Source: Minisyncoccota bacterium (GTDB taxonomy: Bacteria; Patescibacteriota; Microgenomatia; UBA1400; UBA12028). Taken from it: DNA of 64,000 bases. Where the stretch lies: the NCBI GenBank assembly GCA_016211945.1, contig JACRHV010000004.1:2649-66648 (forward strand), given 5' to 3'. Under the pieces are notes generated by a model. The model saw only the letters and a program-made list of their open reading frames with translations, made no database searches and was not told the origin of the DNA. Positions 38,859-48,333 of this stretch are shown here, one piece after another. Numbering within the stretch: position 1 is the first letter of the stretch; the number at the start of each line of letters is the position of its first letter. Both the position numbers and the translations under genes were made by a program.

Positions 38859-39605
38859 TTACCCTTCCTGTCGCTTCATCATTTCTTGTTCAGCCTCTTG
38901 AAGTTGTTGTGGTGTATTAATTCCTATTCCTATCGCCTTATCTTCAACAGTATAGGTGTCAATGTGTTCATTGTTTTGGAAACCTAGCGCAACAATGTCT
39001 GTAAAGTAAAACTCCGCTGAAATAGGATTTCTTTGAATCTGCGGAAGATATTTTTGCAAAAATGTATATGTATAGACCGCGTTCCCCGTGTTTATTTCAG
39101 TAATTGCTTTTTGCTCATCTGTTGCATTTTTTTCTTCAACAATTCCTGTCATTTTTCCTTTAGCATCACGGAGAATGCGACCGTACCCTACTGGATCTGT
39201 ATGCGTGGTAATTAAGGTCATGGCGGCACCGGATTTCTTGTGTTTGTCTAACAGTTCTTGTAAAACTTGTGTTGTGTAAAATGTTGAGTGATCACCATAA
39301 AGAACAATAACTTCTTTGGTATTCTCTGGTATATATGGCATCGCTGCCCGAACCGCATCCGCCGTCCCATCCGCTCGTGTTTGTTCGGCAAAAAGAACAG
39401 AGTCTTTGAGATACTCCATAACGCTCTCTTTTGCAAAGCCAACCACAATAATCGGCCTCTCAATCCCAAGACCTTTTAGTGCTGCGACAGGATACGAAAT
39501 CATCGGCTTCCCACCAACCTCATACATAACCTTATTCTTTTCGATCGCATTCATGCGCGTTCCCCTGCCAGCTGCTAAAACAATTGCTTGAATTGATGCG
39601 TTCAT
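38859..39605 (-). CDS. Sugar-1-phosphate nucleotidyltransferase (GlmU N-terminal-like, no acetyltransferase domain)
   Basis: IVLAAGRGTRM signature and 248 aa NTP_transferase fold. Confidence 0.6.
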   Translation of the reverse strand: MNASIQAIVLAAGRGTRMNAIEKNKVMYEVGGKPMISYPVAALKGLGIERPIIVVGFAKESVMEYLKDSVLFAEQTRADGTADAVRAAMPYIPENTKEVIVLYGDHSTFYTTQVLQELLDKHKKSGAAMTLITTHTDPVGYGRILRDAKGKMTGIVEEKNATDEQKAITEINTGNAVYTYTFLQKYLPQIQRNPISAEFYFTDIVALGFQNNEHIDTYTVEDKAIGIGINTPQQLQEAEQEMMKRQEG

Positions 39606-40576
39606 AGGTACTCCATAAGTATGTTGGCTATTTTATCTGGATCGTGACGTAAAAGCGAGCGACGCAAAATATCCGCTCCGTGCTTTCCCATGTGATCTTG
39701 AACTACAAAATTTCCTTCGATACATCTCTTCTCTTTTTCCATGTCATGAACCACAGGATACTCATCTTCTTTCGCGTACGTATCCAATATATTTTGGGGG
39801 ATTTTTCCAGTGTTCACAATAATATAGTCCACCTTTTTTCCAATCGCCAACTCAATACCTTCGAGGTGTCGTGAAACATTCCACTGATGTGTTTGATTGT
39901 GTCGTGTCATTAAGTTTACGATGAACACAACCTTTCCCTTGACCTGAGAAAAAGCATTCTTCATTCCTTCAACAATGAGAGCGGGCATCACGCTGCCGAA
40001 ATAATCGCCAGGACCGATAACAATCATGTCCGCATCAATAAGCGCTTTATTTGCCTTGTGAAAAAGTGGTGCTGAAGGGTGAAGTTTCACAGATTCTACC
40101 TGTTTACCATCAATACAGGAGTTAAGGTTATCTTCTCCAACAACGAATGAGCCGTCAGTATAGTGAATGACAAGATCTACCGTGTGTTCGGTAACCGGAA
40201 GTATTTCCCCACGTAAACGAAAAACTTTTTCTGTAATTGCCAATGCATCTGCTGTAGATCCTGCCATATCCTGCAGGGCAGTGAGGATAAGGTTCCCGAG
40301 ATTATGTCCTTTCAGTCCAGTCCCTTTTTCAAATCGATACAAGAGAACTTTGCGAATCCACTCCTGGTTGTGCGAACCTGCAAGTGCGGCCAATGACTGT
40401 CGGAGATCTCCAACCGGTTGAAATCCAAACTCATCTCGTAATCTCCCTGTTGACCCCCCAGAGTCAGCAACAGAGATAAGGGCGGTGATGTGTACTGGTT
40501 TTGTTTGAAGACCCGATAGTATCGTTGACGTTCCTGTTCCACCGCCGATGAGAACAATGCGTTTTCTTGGAGACAT
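39602..40576 (-). CDS. yvcK: YvcK/CofD-family gluconeogenesis factor (UPF0052)
   Basis: IVLIGGGTGTSTILSGL and ADSGGSTGRLRDEFG motifs. Confidence 0.8.
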   Translation of the reverse strand: MSPRKRIVLIGGGTGTSTILSGLQTKPVHITALISVADSGGSTGRLRDEFGFQPVGDLRQSLAALAGSHNQEWIRKVLLYRFEKGTGLKGHNLGNLILTALQDMAGSTADALAITEKVFRLRGEILPVTEHTVDLVIHYTDGSFVVGEDNLNSCIDGKQVESVKLHPSAPLFHKANKALIDADMIVIGPGDYFGSVMPALIVEGMKNAFSQVKGKVVFIVNLMTRHNQTHQWNVSRHLEGIELAIGKKVDYIIVNTGKIPQNILDTYAKEDEYPVVHDMEKEKRCIEGNFVVQDHMGKHGADILRRSLLRHDPDKIANILMEYL

Positions 40577-40578
40577 TT

Positions 40579-41787
40579 CTACGTCTTTCTTGATTCAAGA
40601 GCTGTACGGGCTTCCTCTTGATCAGACCAAGGGACTTCGTGTTTGCCATCAAGATTCATGCTTCGTTCGTGTCCTTTTCCAAATATTCCAACAACATCGC
40701 CTTTCTTAGCCAATGTTTGTATCGCAAAACGTATCGCTTTCCCCCTCTCCGCAATCTCATAGATATTTCCCCAGTTTTTAACAACACCCTCTTTCATTTG
40801 CCGAATAATGACATGGACATCCTCAACTCGCGGGTCTTCCGCGGTAAACACCGCACTGTCGGCACGTTCAGATGCTATTCTTCCCATCGCCGGTCTTTTC
40901 GACTGGTCACGAAGACCAGCACAGCCAAATACAGCAATGAATGCATTTCCCTGTTTTACACGAGACCGCAGTGTTGTAAGTGCACGTTCAAGTGCGTTTG
41001 GTGTATGCGCAAAATCTACAACAACCGTGATTCCCAAATTGTTGGGTATCTCTTCCATACGACCTTTCACACCAGGAAATGATTGAATCGCTTTTATACA
41101 CACATCTGTCCCTATGTGAAGACATTGACACGCTGTTATTGCGGCCAATCCATTCTCTCTGTTGTATGGTTCGGCAATATATCGAACAAGTGCGGCCCGG
41201 ATACTGCTGTCACATGTCTTGTTATCGTATGAAATGATCTTTAGATTTTTATCTTGCAACTTCTTCTTTACTAAAGCCTCAGAGCGATCATTTTTATTGA
41301 GTATTGCTGTTTTTGCTCGCGCAATGAATGACGCTTTTGTGGAAAGATAGTGCTCATATGTGCTGTGGTAATCCAAATGTTCACGCGTGATATTTGTAAG
41401 TACAACGACTTCTGGATTGATGCCAAACAACCGATGTTGGTGAATACCGTGTGACGTTGCTTCAAGGACAACATATTCGTATCCCCTTTCCGCTACAGAA
41501 CGAAGCAATCTCTGCAATGCAAACGGACTTGGAGTTGTCACATGAAATCCTGTATCTATTTCTTGGTCGCCAATATACGCCGCAACCGTTGAAATTAGCG
41601 CTACCTTTTTCCCAGCTTTAGAGAGAATGTGATAGATCATCGTCGAGGTTGTGGTTTTCCCATCCGTTCCCGTCACCCCGATGATACGAATATGCTTTCG
41701 CCATGCACCAAACACAATCCAAGCAAACAATCCCTGGAGAAAATGGTACGGCTGTTTTATTGCAATGAGCAAAGACTGCAGCTTCAC
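40579..41787 (-). CDS. murE: Mur ligase family protein, MurE-like, lacking the usual N-terminal domain
   Basis: P-loop IGVTGTDGKTTTSTMI near the N-terminus, DFAHTPNALERAL (the DYAHTPDAL motif of MurE), C-terminal Mur ligase domain. 402 aa is short for MurE. Confidence 0.6.
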   Translation of the reverse strand: MKLQSLLIAIKQPYHFLQGLFAWIVFGAWRKHIRIIGVTGTDGKTTTSTMIYHILSKAGKKVALISTVAAYIGDQEIDTGFHVTTPSPFALQRLLRSVAERGYEYVVLEATSHGIHQHRLFGINPEVVVLTNITREHLDYHSTYEHYLSTKASFIARAKTAILNKNDRSEALVKKKLQDKNLKIISYDNKTCDSSIRAALVRYIAEPYNRENGLAAITACQCLHIGTDVCIKAIQSFPGVKGRMEEIPNNLGITVVVDFAHTPNALERALTTLRSRVKQGNAFIAVFGCAGLRDQSKRPAMGRIASERADSAVFTAEDPRVEDVHVIIRQMKEGVVKNWGNIYEIAERGKAIRFAIQTLAKKGDVVGIFGKGHERSMNLDGKHEVPWSDQEEARTALESRKT

Positions 41788-41830
41788 CGTGTCATTCTAC
41801 CACGCACGCGTCTTGTGATACCATCAATCT

Positions 41831-43315
41831 ATGCGCCTTTTGCTCGAATTCTTTTTCCTCCCATACATTGAACTTTTCCGACAGATCCATACAACACATC
41901 ACCCTTTTCGCCGCTTTTTCCAAGGACTGCCTCTTTTTGCTCTGCTCCTCATCCTGTGGGTTAATGCTTTTTTTGTTTCTGGAACATTTGCGTATGCTGC
42001 ATTGTTTCAGGCTGCTGATAAGATTGGGATTGTTTCGTCTGCTGTACATATATCAGGAACTGGATCAATGTATCCAACCTTCCCAAAAGGAACCGGTAGA
42101 ACACTTGAAGATTTGGCTCGTGAAGATGTTGCTGCTCCGCTGATGAGAACGTATCCTGGGGGCTTTCATCTTTTTAACCGTTGGTACTCCCGTTACACAC
42201 TTCATCGTGGCGATATTGTGAGCTTCTCAAATGAAAAAACAGCAGAGCTTATCCAAAACGATGGTTTAGCAACGGATCGCGTCAACGGATTTGTAAAGCG
42301 TGTTGTTGGGTTGCCTGGAGATGTCATCGAGATTCGTGATGGTTTTGTCGTTGTAAACGGCGAGAAGATTGAGGAGCCATACACAGCTACACCTCGATCA
42401 ACATTTGGAGGAGCATATCTCCCTGACTGTCACCGATTGGAAATTCCAGAGGGAAAGACCTTTGTTATGGGCGATAATCGTAAGGCAAGCAACGATTCAC
42501 GCCATGTACTCGGTCTTGTAGATCTTCAAGATATCTCTCGTGTATTACCGTACGCAAACCAGACACCATACCAATCTCTTTGGCACGATCCATCGCAGGA
42601 CTATCAACAATCACATACCGCGCTCCTCCATGAACAGGAATACATTGACAAATTGAACGCAATTCGAACAGAACATGGGGTAAAACCATTGAAGTTCCAA
42701 CCGAAATTGGAACAATCGGCAAAGTTGCGCGCGCAAAACATCTTGAAATACAACGATCTTTCATTTGAGGCAACACAGAGCGGCTATACCATGGAAAAGG
42801 CGATGAAGGAGTCTGGGTACTCGAACATTATTTGGGGAGAGGCTCCTACTTTGGGGTATTACACTGCAGATGAGCTCTTGGAAAACTATGCAGAATTTCC
42901 ATCGTGGAAAAAGTTTCTTCTTGATAGCAGATATCAGGAAACTGGTATTGCCGCGGTTGTTGGTGAGCTGAATGGCTGTCCTGTACAAATTGTTGTTCAG
43001 CACGTTGCTGGGTATATGCCTCCAAACTATAAAAAGGAAGATATTGAGGGATGGAAGACCTCGCTTGACCGTTTACGTACTGTTCTGAAAAGCTGGGAGT
43101 CTGCAAGAAGTTTTGGCGCACAATATGAGGAGCGGAAGTCACAGTATGAAAAAATGATACAACTCATTAACGAGCGCATCGCCATTGCGCAGGTTATTTT
43201 TGCAAAAATGAGCGCAAACCAGTGGCTGTCCGATGATGAAAAGGCGTTGATCAATAAAGATAAAACTCTATATCAATCACAAGAATCGTTGGCAAAAATA
43301 TTAAATGAGAGATAG
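41831..43315 (+). CDS. Signal peptidase I fused to a C-terminal CAP/SCP/PR-1-like (YkwD-like) domain
   Basis: N-terminal TM, SPase I boxes (GTGSMYPTFPKG; GDIVSF; VKRVVGLPGDVIE; GDNRKASNDSRHVLG), then a ~200 aa extension (LNAIRTEHGVKPLKF...WGE...GCPVQIVVQHVAGY) resembling CAP domains. Lies antisense within the dcw cluster. Confidence 0.65.
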   Translation: MRLLLEFFFLPYIELFRQIHTTHHPFRRFFQGLPLFALLLILWVNAFFVSGTFAYAALFQAADKIGIVSSAVHISGTGSMYPTFPKGTGRTLEDLAREDVAAPLMRTYPGGFHLFNRWYSRYTLHRGDIVSFSNEKTAELIQNDGLATDRVNGFVKRVVGLPGDVIEIRDGFVVVNGEKIEEPYTATPRSTFGGAYLPDCHRLEIPEGKTFVMGDNRKASNDSRHVLGLVDLQDISRVLPYANQTPYQSLWHDPSQDYQQSHTALLHEQEYIDKLNAIRTEHGVKPLKFQPKLEQSAKLRAQNILKYNDLSFEATQSGYTMEKAMKESGYSNIIWGEAPTLGYYTADELLENYAEFPSWKKFLLDSRYQETGIAAVVGELNGCPVQIVVQHVAGYMPPNYKKEDIEGWKTSLDRLRTVLKSWESARSFGAQYEERKSQYEKMIQLINERIAIAQVIFAKMSANQWLSDDEKALINKDKTLYQSQESLAKILNER

Positions 43316-43321
43316 AGTTCT

Positions 43322-45100
43322 TTATTTTGGCGCGATCTTCATTCGAATGAAAAGGTCTCGAGCAATAGAAAACCACAGTGGGGCCGCTGTTTCAGACCCC
43401 CATGGGGAGGACGTTGGTTCTCTGAGTTTTACCAACATAACAAATTTTGGATCATCAGCAGGAGCAAAGCCTACAAAACTTGCCACGGTCTTTTCGTCAT
43501 CATAGTGTCCAGACACTGCAACTTGTGCCGTTCCCGTTTTCCCTGCAATGCGATACCCTTTTGGTGTTGCCCATTTTGCGTCTCCGTGTTGCGCTGCGGC
43601 CTCCATCATCAACGTGACCTTGTCTGCGGTATCTTGCGAAATGACTTGTCGAAGTGGTCTTGGGTCTATCGTAATCATGCGATCACCTTGTTTTACTGAT
43701 TGGGTGAGGAACGGCCTCATCATCAGTCCTTTATTCGCGATTGCTTGAGCCGTAGAGAGCATTTGTATGCCAGTCACAACAATACCCTGACCAAATGACG
43801 CCGTTGCAACATCAATATCCTTCCATTCTTTTCTAAACGGTGGAGTTGCTTCTTCCTGGAGGTCTATTCCTGTTTTTGTCTCGAGACCAAAGGAGCGAAG
43901 ATACTCTACAAATTTCTCTTTTCCAACCTTGTCCGTCACAAAGATCATCGCGGTGTTGTCTGAATGCACAAGTCCGTCTGCTATCGTTGTATTTGGATAA
44001 TATTTTTCATTCCATGTTTTTATCGTATACCCTGATATTACCCGGGGACCTGTGCACCGATCGCACTGTGTATCCGGCGACACCGCGCCAGCATCAATGC
44101 CAGCTGATACCGTGAGGATTTTTAGCGTAGAACCTGGCTCATACACATCTTGAACAAAAAGATTTTTATACGTCTGCGGATCAAAGGTATAGTATTTTGC
44201 AGGATCATAGCTTGGGAAGGAGGCCATGGCAAGAATGGCGCCCGTTTTGGGGTCCATAATTGCAGCTTCCGCGGTTTTACTTCCATAACGGACCATTCCT
44301 TCTTTTAATTTTTCCTCAAGCAAAAACTGAAGATCTCGTCGAATTGTCAAGGTGATATCTCTTCCATCGCGCGATCCAATGACATCGTACCCGCCGATAG
44401 CAATGGGTAACCCGAGTGCATCTTTTTCCTGTGTCACAACACCTTCTTGGCCTCGTAGTTCTCGGTCATAATACCCTTCGATACCAAAATACCCTTGTTC
44501 GTGGTCACGCTCATCTCGTCCCACGAAACCTAAGACATTCGCCGCCATCGAAGCCTCAGGGTAATACCGAACCTCTTCCCGATCAAATCCAAGTCCCGAT
44601 AACGCCAATTGATCTATCATTCCTTTTATCTCTCTGGGTAACTTTCTTTTGAGTGATACCCATTGCAAGGAAGGGTCTTCAAGTCTTTTTAGAAACGTCG
44701 TTTTCCATTCTCCTTGCGTTTGTTCAAGATATGCGGATGACGTGGCGAGTTCTGTACTGACGTTCTCATCAACGGGCATAAATGAGGTAAGCAACGATGC
44801 AATCTGCTCTCTTGTTTGAGTAAACTTTTTTGGTTCAGCAAACAAAGTATATACATCACGGTTTGTTACGAGCAAATGACCGTCTGAAGAGTAAATATTT
44901 CCCCGACTTCCTGTTGTTTTTTTCACGGATGTATATTGCGATTCTGCCGCCGCTTGCAGTTTGTCAGATTGTAAAATCTGCCAATAAAAAAGTCGGACGA
45001 GGAGAAGAATAAATATTGCAGAAAAACTGAATCGGATGAATACCACGCGCTGATGCCACGCGTGATCTTCGATATACGGAATGGGTTTTTTCATGTCCAC
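43322..45100 (-). CDS. ftsI: Penicillin-binding protein transpeptidase FtsI (class B PBP)
   Basis: SXXK (GSTLK), SXN (HSDN) and KTGT (GKTGTAQ) motifs; N-terminal TM anchor. Confidence 0.9.
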   Translation of the reverse strand: MDMKKPIPYIEDHAWHQRVVFIRFSFSAIFILLLVRLFYWQILQSDKLQAAAESQYTSVKKTTGSRGNIYSSDGHLLVTNRDVYTLFAEPKKFTQTREQIASLLTSFMPVDENVSTELATSSAYLEQTQGEWKTTFLKRLEDPSLQWVSLKRKLPREIKGMIDQLALSGLGFDREEVRYYPEASMAANVLGFVGRDERDHEQGYFGIEGYYDRELRGQEGVVTQEKDALGLPIAIGGYDVIGSRDGRDITLTIRRDLQFLLEEKLKEGMVRYGSKTAEAAIMDPKTGAILAMASFPSYDPAKYYTFDPQTYKNLFVQDVYEPGSTLKILTVSAGIDAGAVSPDTQCDRCTGPRVISGYTIKTWNEKYYPNTTIADGLVHSDNTAMIFVTDKVGKEKFVEYLRSFGLETKTGIDLQEEATPPFRKEWKDIDVATASFGQGIVVTGIQMLSTAQAIANKGLMMRPFLTQSVKQGDRMITIDPRPLRQVISQDTADKVTLMMEAAAQHGDAKWATPKGYRIAGKTGTAQVAVSGHYDDEKTVASFVGFAPADDPKFVMLVKLREPTSSPWGSETAAPLWFSIARDLFIRMKIAPK

Positions 45101-45106
45101 TCAAGT

Positions 45107-45385
45107 TTACCGCATTGCAACAGGTCGTGCTGCGGTTAGGAAAGAAACCGATGAAATAGGGATGAATCCTTGCGCTACTGCTTCCTCGCGTAATGTTCGA
45201 AGAGACAACGAGGTGGCAAGTTCCTCATCTAAGTCTTTTTGTTCCAGACGCAACACGATGTTTTTTTGTTCGAGGTTATGTACGTACTCACCAATATTGA
45301 CCGTTTTTGCAGAATAGGCAATGTTTGCAATCGCCAAACCAAATACGACACACGCGGGAACAATGATTGCCAGAATTGTCTTCAT
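45107..45385 (-). CDS. ftsL: Cell division protein FtsL-like (small bitopic membrane protein)
   Basis: 92 aa, N-terminal TM then coiled-coil-like segment, canonical position between rsmH and ftsI. Confidence 0.6.
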   Translation of the reverse strand: MKTILAIIVPACVVFGLAIANIAYSAKTVNIGEYVHNLEQKNIVLRLEQKDLDEELATSLSLRTLREEAVAQGFIPISSVSFLTAARPVAMR

Positions 45386-46272
45386 TTCACACCACCTTTT
45401 ACAAAAATTCTAAGCTTTGCACTCCGACTTCTTGGGTTTTCTCGCTGTTCTTCCATACTTGGTTCTAACGGCTTTTTTGTGAGCTGTGTCCCTTTTTTCT
45501 CTATCTCCCAAGTTTTCATCGCGTGCTTCACGATACGATCCTCACCTTCATGAAAACTTATCGTCACTAACCGCCCGCTGTCCTCGAGAAGATCGAGCGC
45601 GGTGGGCAGGGCCCGTTCGATACTCCCAAGTTCATCGTTGACGACCAAGCGCAACGCCATAAATGTTTTTGTTGCTGGGTGAATGTCTCCGGGGTGTTTG
45701 CGACCCCCCACCGCTTTCTCTACGATCTCGGCTAACTCAGTTGTTGTCTCGATCGGCTTATTTATTCGATTGCGCAGTAAAGCTTCCACAATTGTCCGAG
45801 CACGGAATTCCTGAGCATACGTCGTAAGTAAGTCATACAGTTCCTTTCTGCCTAAAGCATTGACTAAATCTTTTGCTGTTACTCCCAATCGTTTATCCAT
45901 GCGCATATCGAGCATTGCTTCCTGTTGAAAGGAAAAACCTCGGTCTGCGGTGTCTAACTGGACGCTGTTCAAGCCAAAATCAAACAAAATTCCAGTGATT
46001 TTTCTCGTGGTGGTGTCCGGAATTGTGCCAAGTTCTGAAAAGTTTGCGTGAACTAATTTTATGTCACCCTTTTCAAGCTCCTTCACAAAATGCACACTTC
46101 CGTACGCAATTGCCTCGTCATCGTGATCAACCGCAATCACCTTGCCACCTTTCTGTAGGATTGCGGCAGTATGCCCACCTCGGCCAAACGTGGCATCCAC
46201 ATACCACTTGCCTTCTTGAACCCGCAGTCCATCAAGTGCTTCATGAAGCATGACCGGAGTATGGCTAGACAT
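45382..46272 (-). CDS. rsmH: 16S rRNA (cytosine1402-N4)-methyltransferase RsmH (MraW)
   Basis: HTPVMLHEALDGL...YVDATFGRGGH; start set at MSSHTPV. Confidence 0.9.
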   Translation of the reverse strand: MSSHTPVMLHEALDGLRVQEGKWYVDATFGRGGHTAAILQKGGKVIAVDHDDEAIAYGSVHFVKELEKGDIKLVHANFSELGTIPDTTTRKITGILFDFGLNSVQLDTADRGFSFQQEAMLDMRMDKRLGVTAKDLVNALGRKELYDLLTTYAQEFRARTIVEALLRNRINKPIETTTELAEIVEKAVGGRKHPGDIHPATKTFMALRLVVNDELGSIERALPTALDLLEDSGRLVTISFHEGEDRIVKHAMKTWEIEKKGTQLTKKPLEPSMEEQRENPRSRSAKLRIFVKGGVK

Positions 46273-46711
46273 GGTCCTCGCCTTTCTGCGGAACATCAAA
46301 CTGCTCTGCGATTTCCTCGGCATGCTGTTCAAGTGATTCCATGTATGTGTGATATGCGTCTCGATCCCAAAGTTCTACTCGATTTGCGGAACCCGTAAAG
46401 ACTACCTCTTTGGTAATGTTCGCTTTATTACGAAGATATTCCGGAATGACGGCCCTCCCAACGGTATCAAACTCGAGTTCGCTTGCCTCGTTTGCCATGA
46501 GACGTGCGAAGTCGCGGTGGACTTTTTTGGTGACACTACTATCCTCTAATGTTCCTATAAATGCTCGCCAATCCTGCTGTGAAAAAAGGAAAAGACATCC
46601 ATCCAATCCTCGTGTTAACACTGGTTTTTCTCCAAGAGAGTTGCGAAACTTCACAGGAACAGACACTCTCCCTTTCTCTTCTAACTTGTGATAATATGTT
46701 CCGATATACAT
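46265..46711 (-). CDS. mraZ: Transcriptional regulator MraZ
   Basis: Duplicated MraZ-type halves (MYIGTYYHKLEEKGRVSVP...), first gene of the dcw cluster. Confidence 0.9.
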   Translation of the reverse strand: MYIGTYYHKLEEKGRVSVPVKFRNSLGEKPVLTRGLDGCLFLFSQQDWRAFIGTLEDSSVTKKVHRDFARLMANEASELEFDTVGRAVIPEYLRNKANITKEVVFTGSANRVELWDRDAYHTYMESLEQHAEEIAEQFDVPQKGEDHV

Positions 46712-46808
46712 GGTTCTAGGCTTATTTCCCACTAATTTCCACTAGATTGAGTGTAAGCGAAATACAACGGCATGTCAACGCGAAGAAAAGACGAAAAAGA
46801 GAGTAAGC

Positions 46809-47996
46809 TTAAAGAATCGAGTTTGCTAGCAGTTGGAGAAGTTTTCCACTATCTCCAAATGCAATCGTTGGAGATTTTTGTTTTTCAAGCAGTATGAGCC
46901 CATCTTTAGCTTTATCTCTATGATGTTTTCCGTGTATCCATGTATAACTCGCATACCAACATCCATGTTTGGGAAAAACTCCAGATAGAATTGCCCCCAT
47001 ACTTTCAAGATAGAGAGAGATCTGACGAAAATCTTTCATACATGGTATTTGGAATATTGTTGTTTCAAATACACTCTCTTCGTCTAGTAATTCTTTAAGC
47101 ATTTCCACACCTAAAACATCGGAAACAACACGCGTATGTGTTACGGAATTTTCATGAATTGACATCTCGCGAAAAAAATACTGCCTTGACTTCTTTGTAT
47201 CCACAGCTCGACCTATTTCCTTAAGTTGTTCTGTTGAATAAAGAAAAAATGGTTTTTGAGCGTCTGTCATATCGTGTGGTGGATTTATGTATTCATGTGT
47301 TCCTGGTTTTTCGTGGAAAAACGTAGCAAATCGGCCTAAACCAGAGTCACTATCTGTTGATAACATGGCTTGAGCTATGCTTGCATTAAATTTTTTTCCT
47401 ATATGTGCATTCCAATCTAAGACAACGTCTTGTTGTATCACGAATGAGGATGGATGAAGCGCCAAAGCTGGTGTGTCTATTGTTGATAGAAAACGTTGAA
47501 TTGCGAGTGTTAACGTTGTTGAATCAGACACAAGTGTGTAATCTGGAAAAAGCGTTGAAGTTTCGTGAACGGGTATCGCAAACGCAGATAAAACACCATT
47601 ATTCTGCTTTTCTGGGAGTGTCGCTACTCGACCAAACTCAACCGTTCTTTCTGCGTGATCAAAAACAAGACTAACTGTCCCCACTGGTTTCTGTTCATGA
47701 TCTGTAGCAAGAAAACAGAGTGTTTGAATATCAATGAAATTATTTGCCTGAGATACAGATAAAAGAAATGCGTGAAGTATGTCCTCTGGATTATTAAAAA
47801 CTTCATAAAAATAGTGAACAAGTTTTCCTAGCCCCCAAGCTCTCCGCAACATTTCAGAAATATGGTGTGCGTCATCTAATGTTTCTGCAAGACGAATATC
47901 ATACCCTTGACTACGGTATGATTGGCCAGCTAACAGATTCTGAACAATTTCAGATTGATTATCCAATTTTTGGAGTAATTCTTTGCGTAATGGCAT
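46809..47996 (-). CDS. Hypothetical protein (395 aa), possibly with a GNAT-like region
   Basis: Clean ORF; segment VGTVSLVFDHAERTVEFGRVATLPEKQNNGV is weakly GNAT-like; otherwise unassigned. Confidence 0.4.
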   Translation of the reverse strand: MPLRKELLQKLDNQSEIVQNLLAGQSYRSQGYDIRLAETLDDAHHISEMLRRAWGLGKLVHYFYEVFNNPEDILHAFLLSVSQANNFIDIQTLCFLATDHEQKPVGTVSLVFDHAERTVEFGRVATLPEKQNNGVLSAFAIPVHETSTLFPDYTLVSDSTTLTLAIQRFLSTIDTPALALHPSSFVIQQDVVLDWNAHIGKKFNASIAQAMLSTDSDSGLGRFATFFHEKPGTHEYINPPHDMTDAQKPFFLYSTEQLKEIGRAVDTKKSRQYFFREMSIHENSVTHTRVVSDVLGVEMLKELLDEESVFETTIFQIPCMKDFRQISLYLESMGAILSGVFPKHGCWYASYTWIHGKHHRDKAKDGLILLEKQKSPTIAFGDSGKLLQLLANSIL

Positions 47997-48009
47997 AAAA
48001 ATGTAAAAC

Positions 48010-48231
48010 TTACACCACTACCGCATGTTCTTCATGATATTGATATAAAATATCTGATTCTTCTAGGTTAATTTCATTCTTTGCACACGCTTGGAGTATT
48101 GCCATGCTTGCAGATGGTGCGTACGCATATGGAATATTCCCAAAATCTTTCACGAAACCTGCCATTGTTCGTAATATTGCTATAGCACGATCTGAAGTAA
48201 GTTGTTTTTCTAATTCTTCTGCAGTTGGCAT
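48010..48231 (-). CDS. Small hypothetical protein (73 aa from the ATG; the ORF track uses an upstream TTG)
   Basis: The ATG at 48231 has an AAAAAGGGGG RBS 4-5 nt upstream; lies 13 nt upstream of the 395 aa gene. Confidence 0.35.
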   Translation of the reverse strand: MPTAEELEKQLTSDRAIAILRTMAGFVKDFGNIPYAYAPSASMAILQACAKNEINLEESDILYQYHEEHAVVV

Positions 48232-48284
48232 ACTACCCCCTTTTTCAATCTTCAAAGGATTGTATTCTTGGATATTTTCTCTGC

Positions 48285-48333
48285 TTGACTTATTTCTGAC
48301 TGTTTCTGACTATTAATGACTTTTTGATATAAT
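48285..48333 (+). promoter_or_regulatory. Promoter with four helically phased TGACT direct repeats and an extended -10
   Basis: TTGACT(48285)-n5-CTGACT-n4-CTGACT-n4-ATGACT, then TG-a-TATAAT (48325-48333). The third repeat gives a -35-like CTGACT with a 16 nt spacer. The -10 ends 7 nt before the ATG at 48341. Confidence 0.45.
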
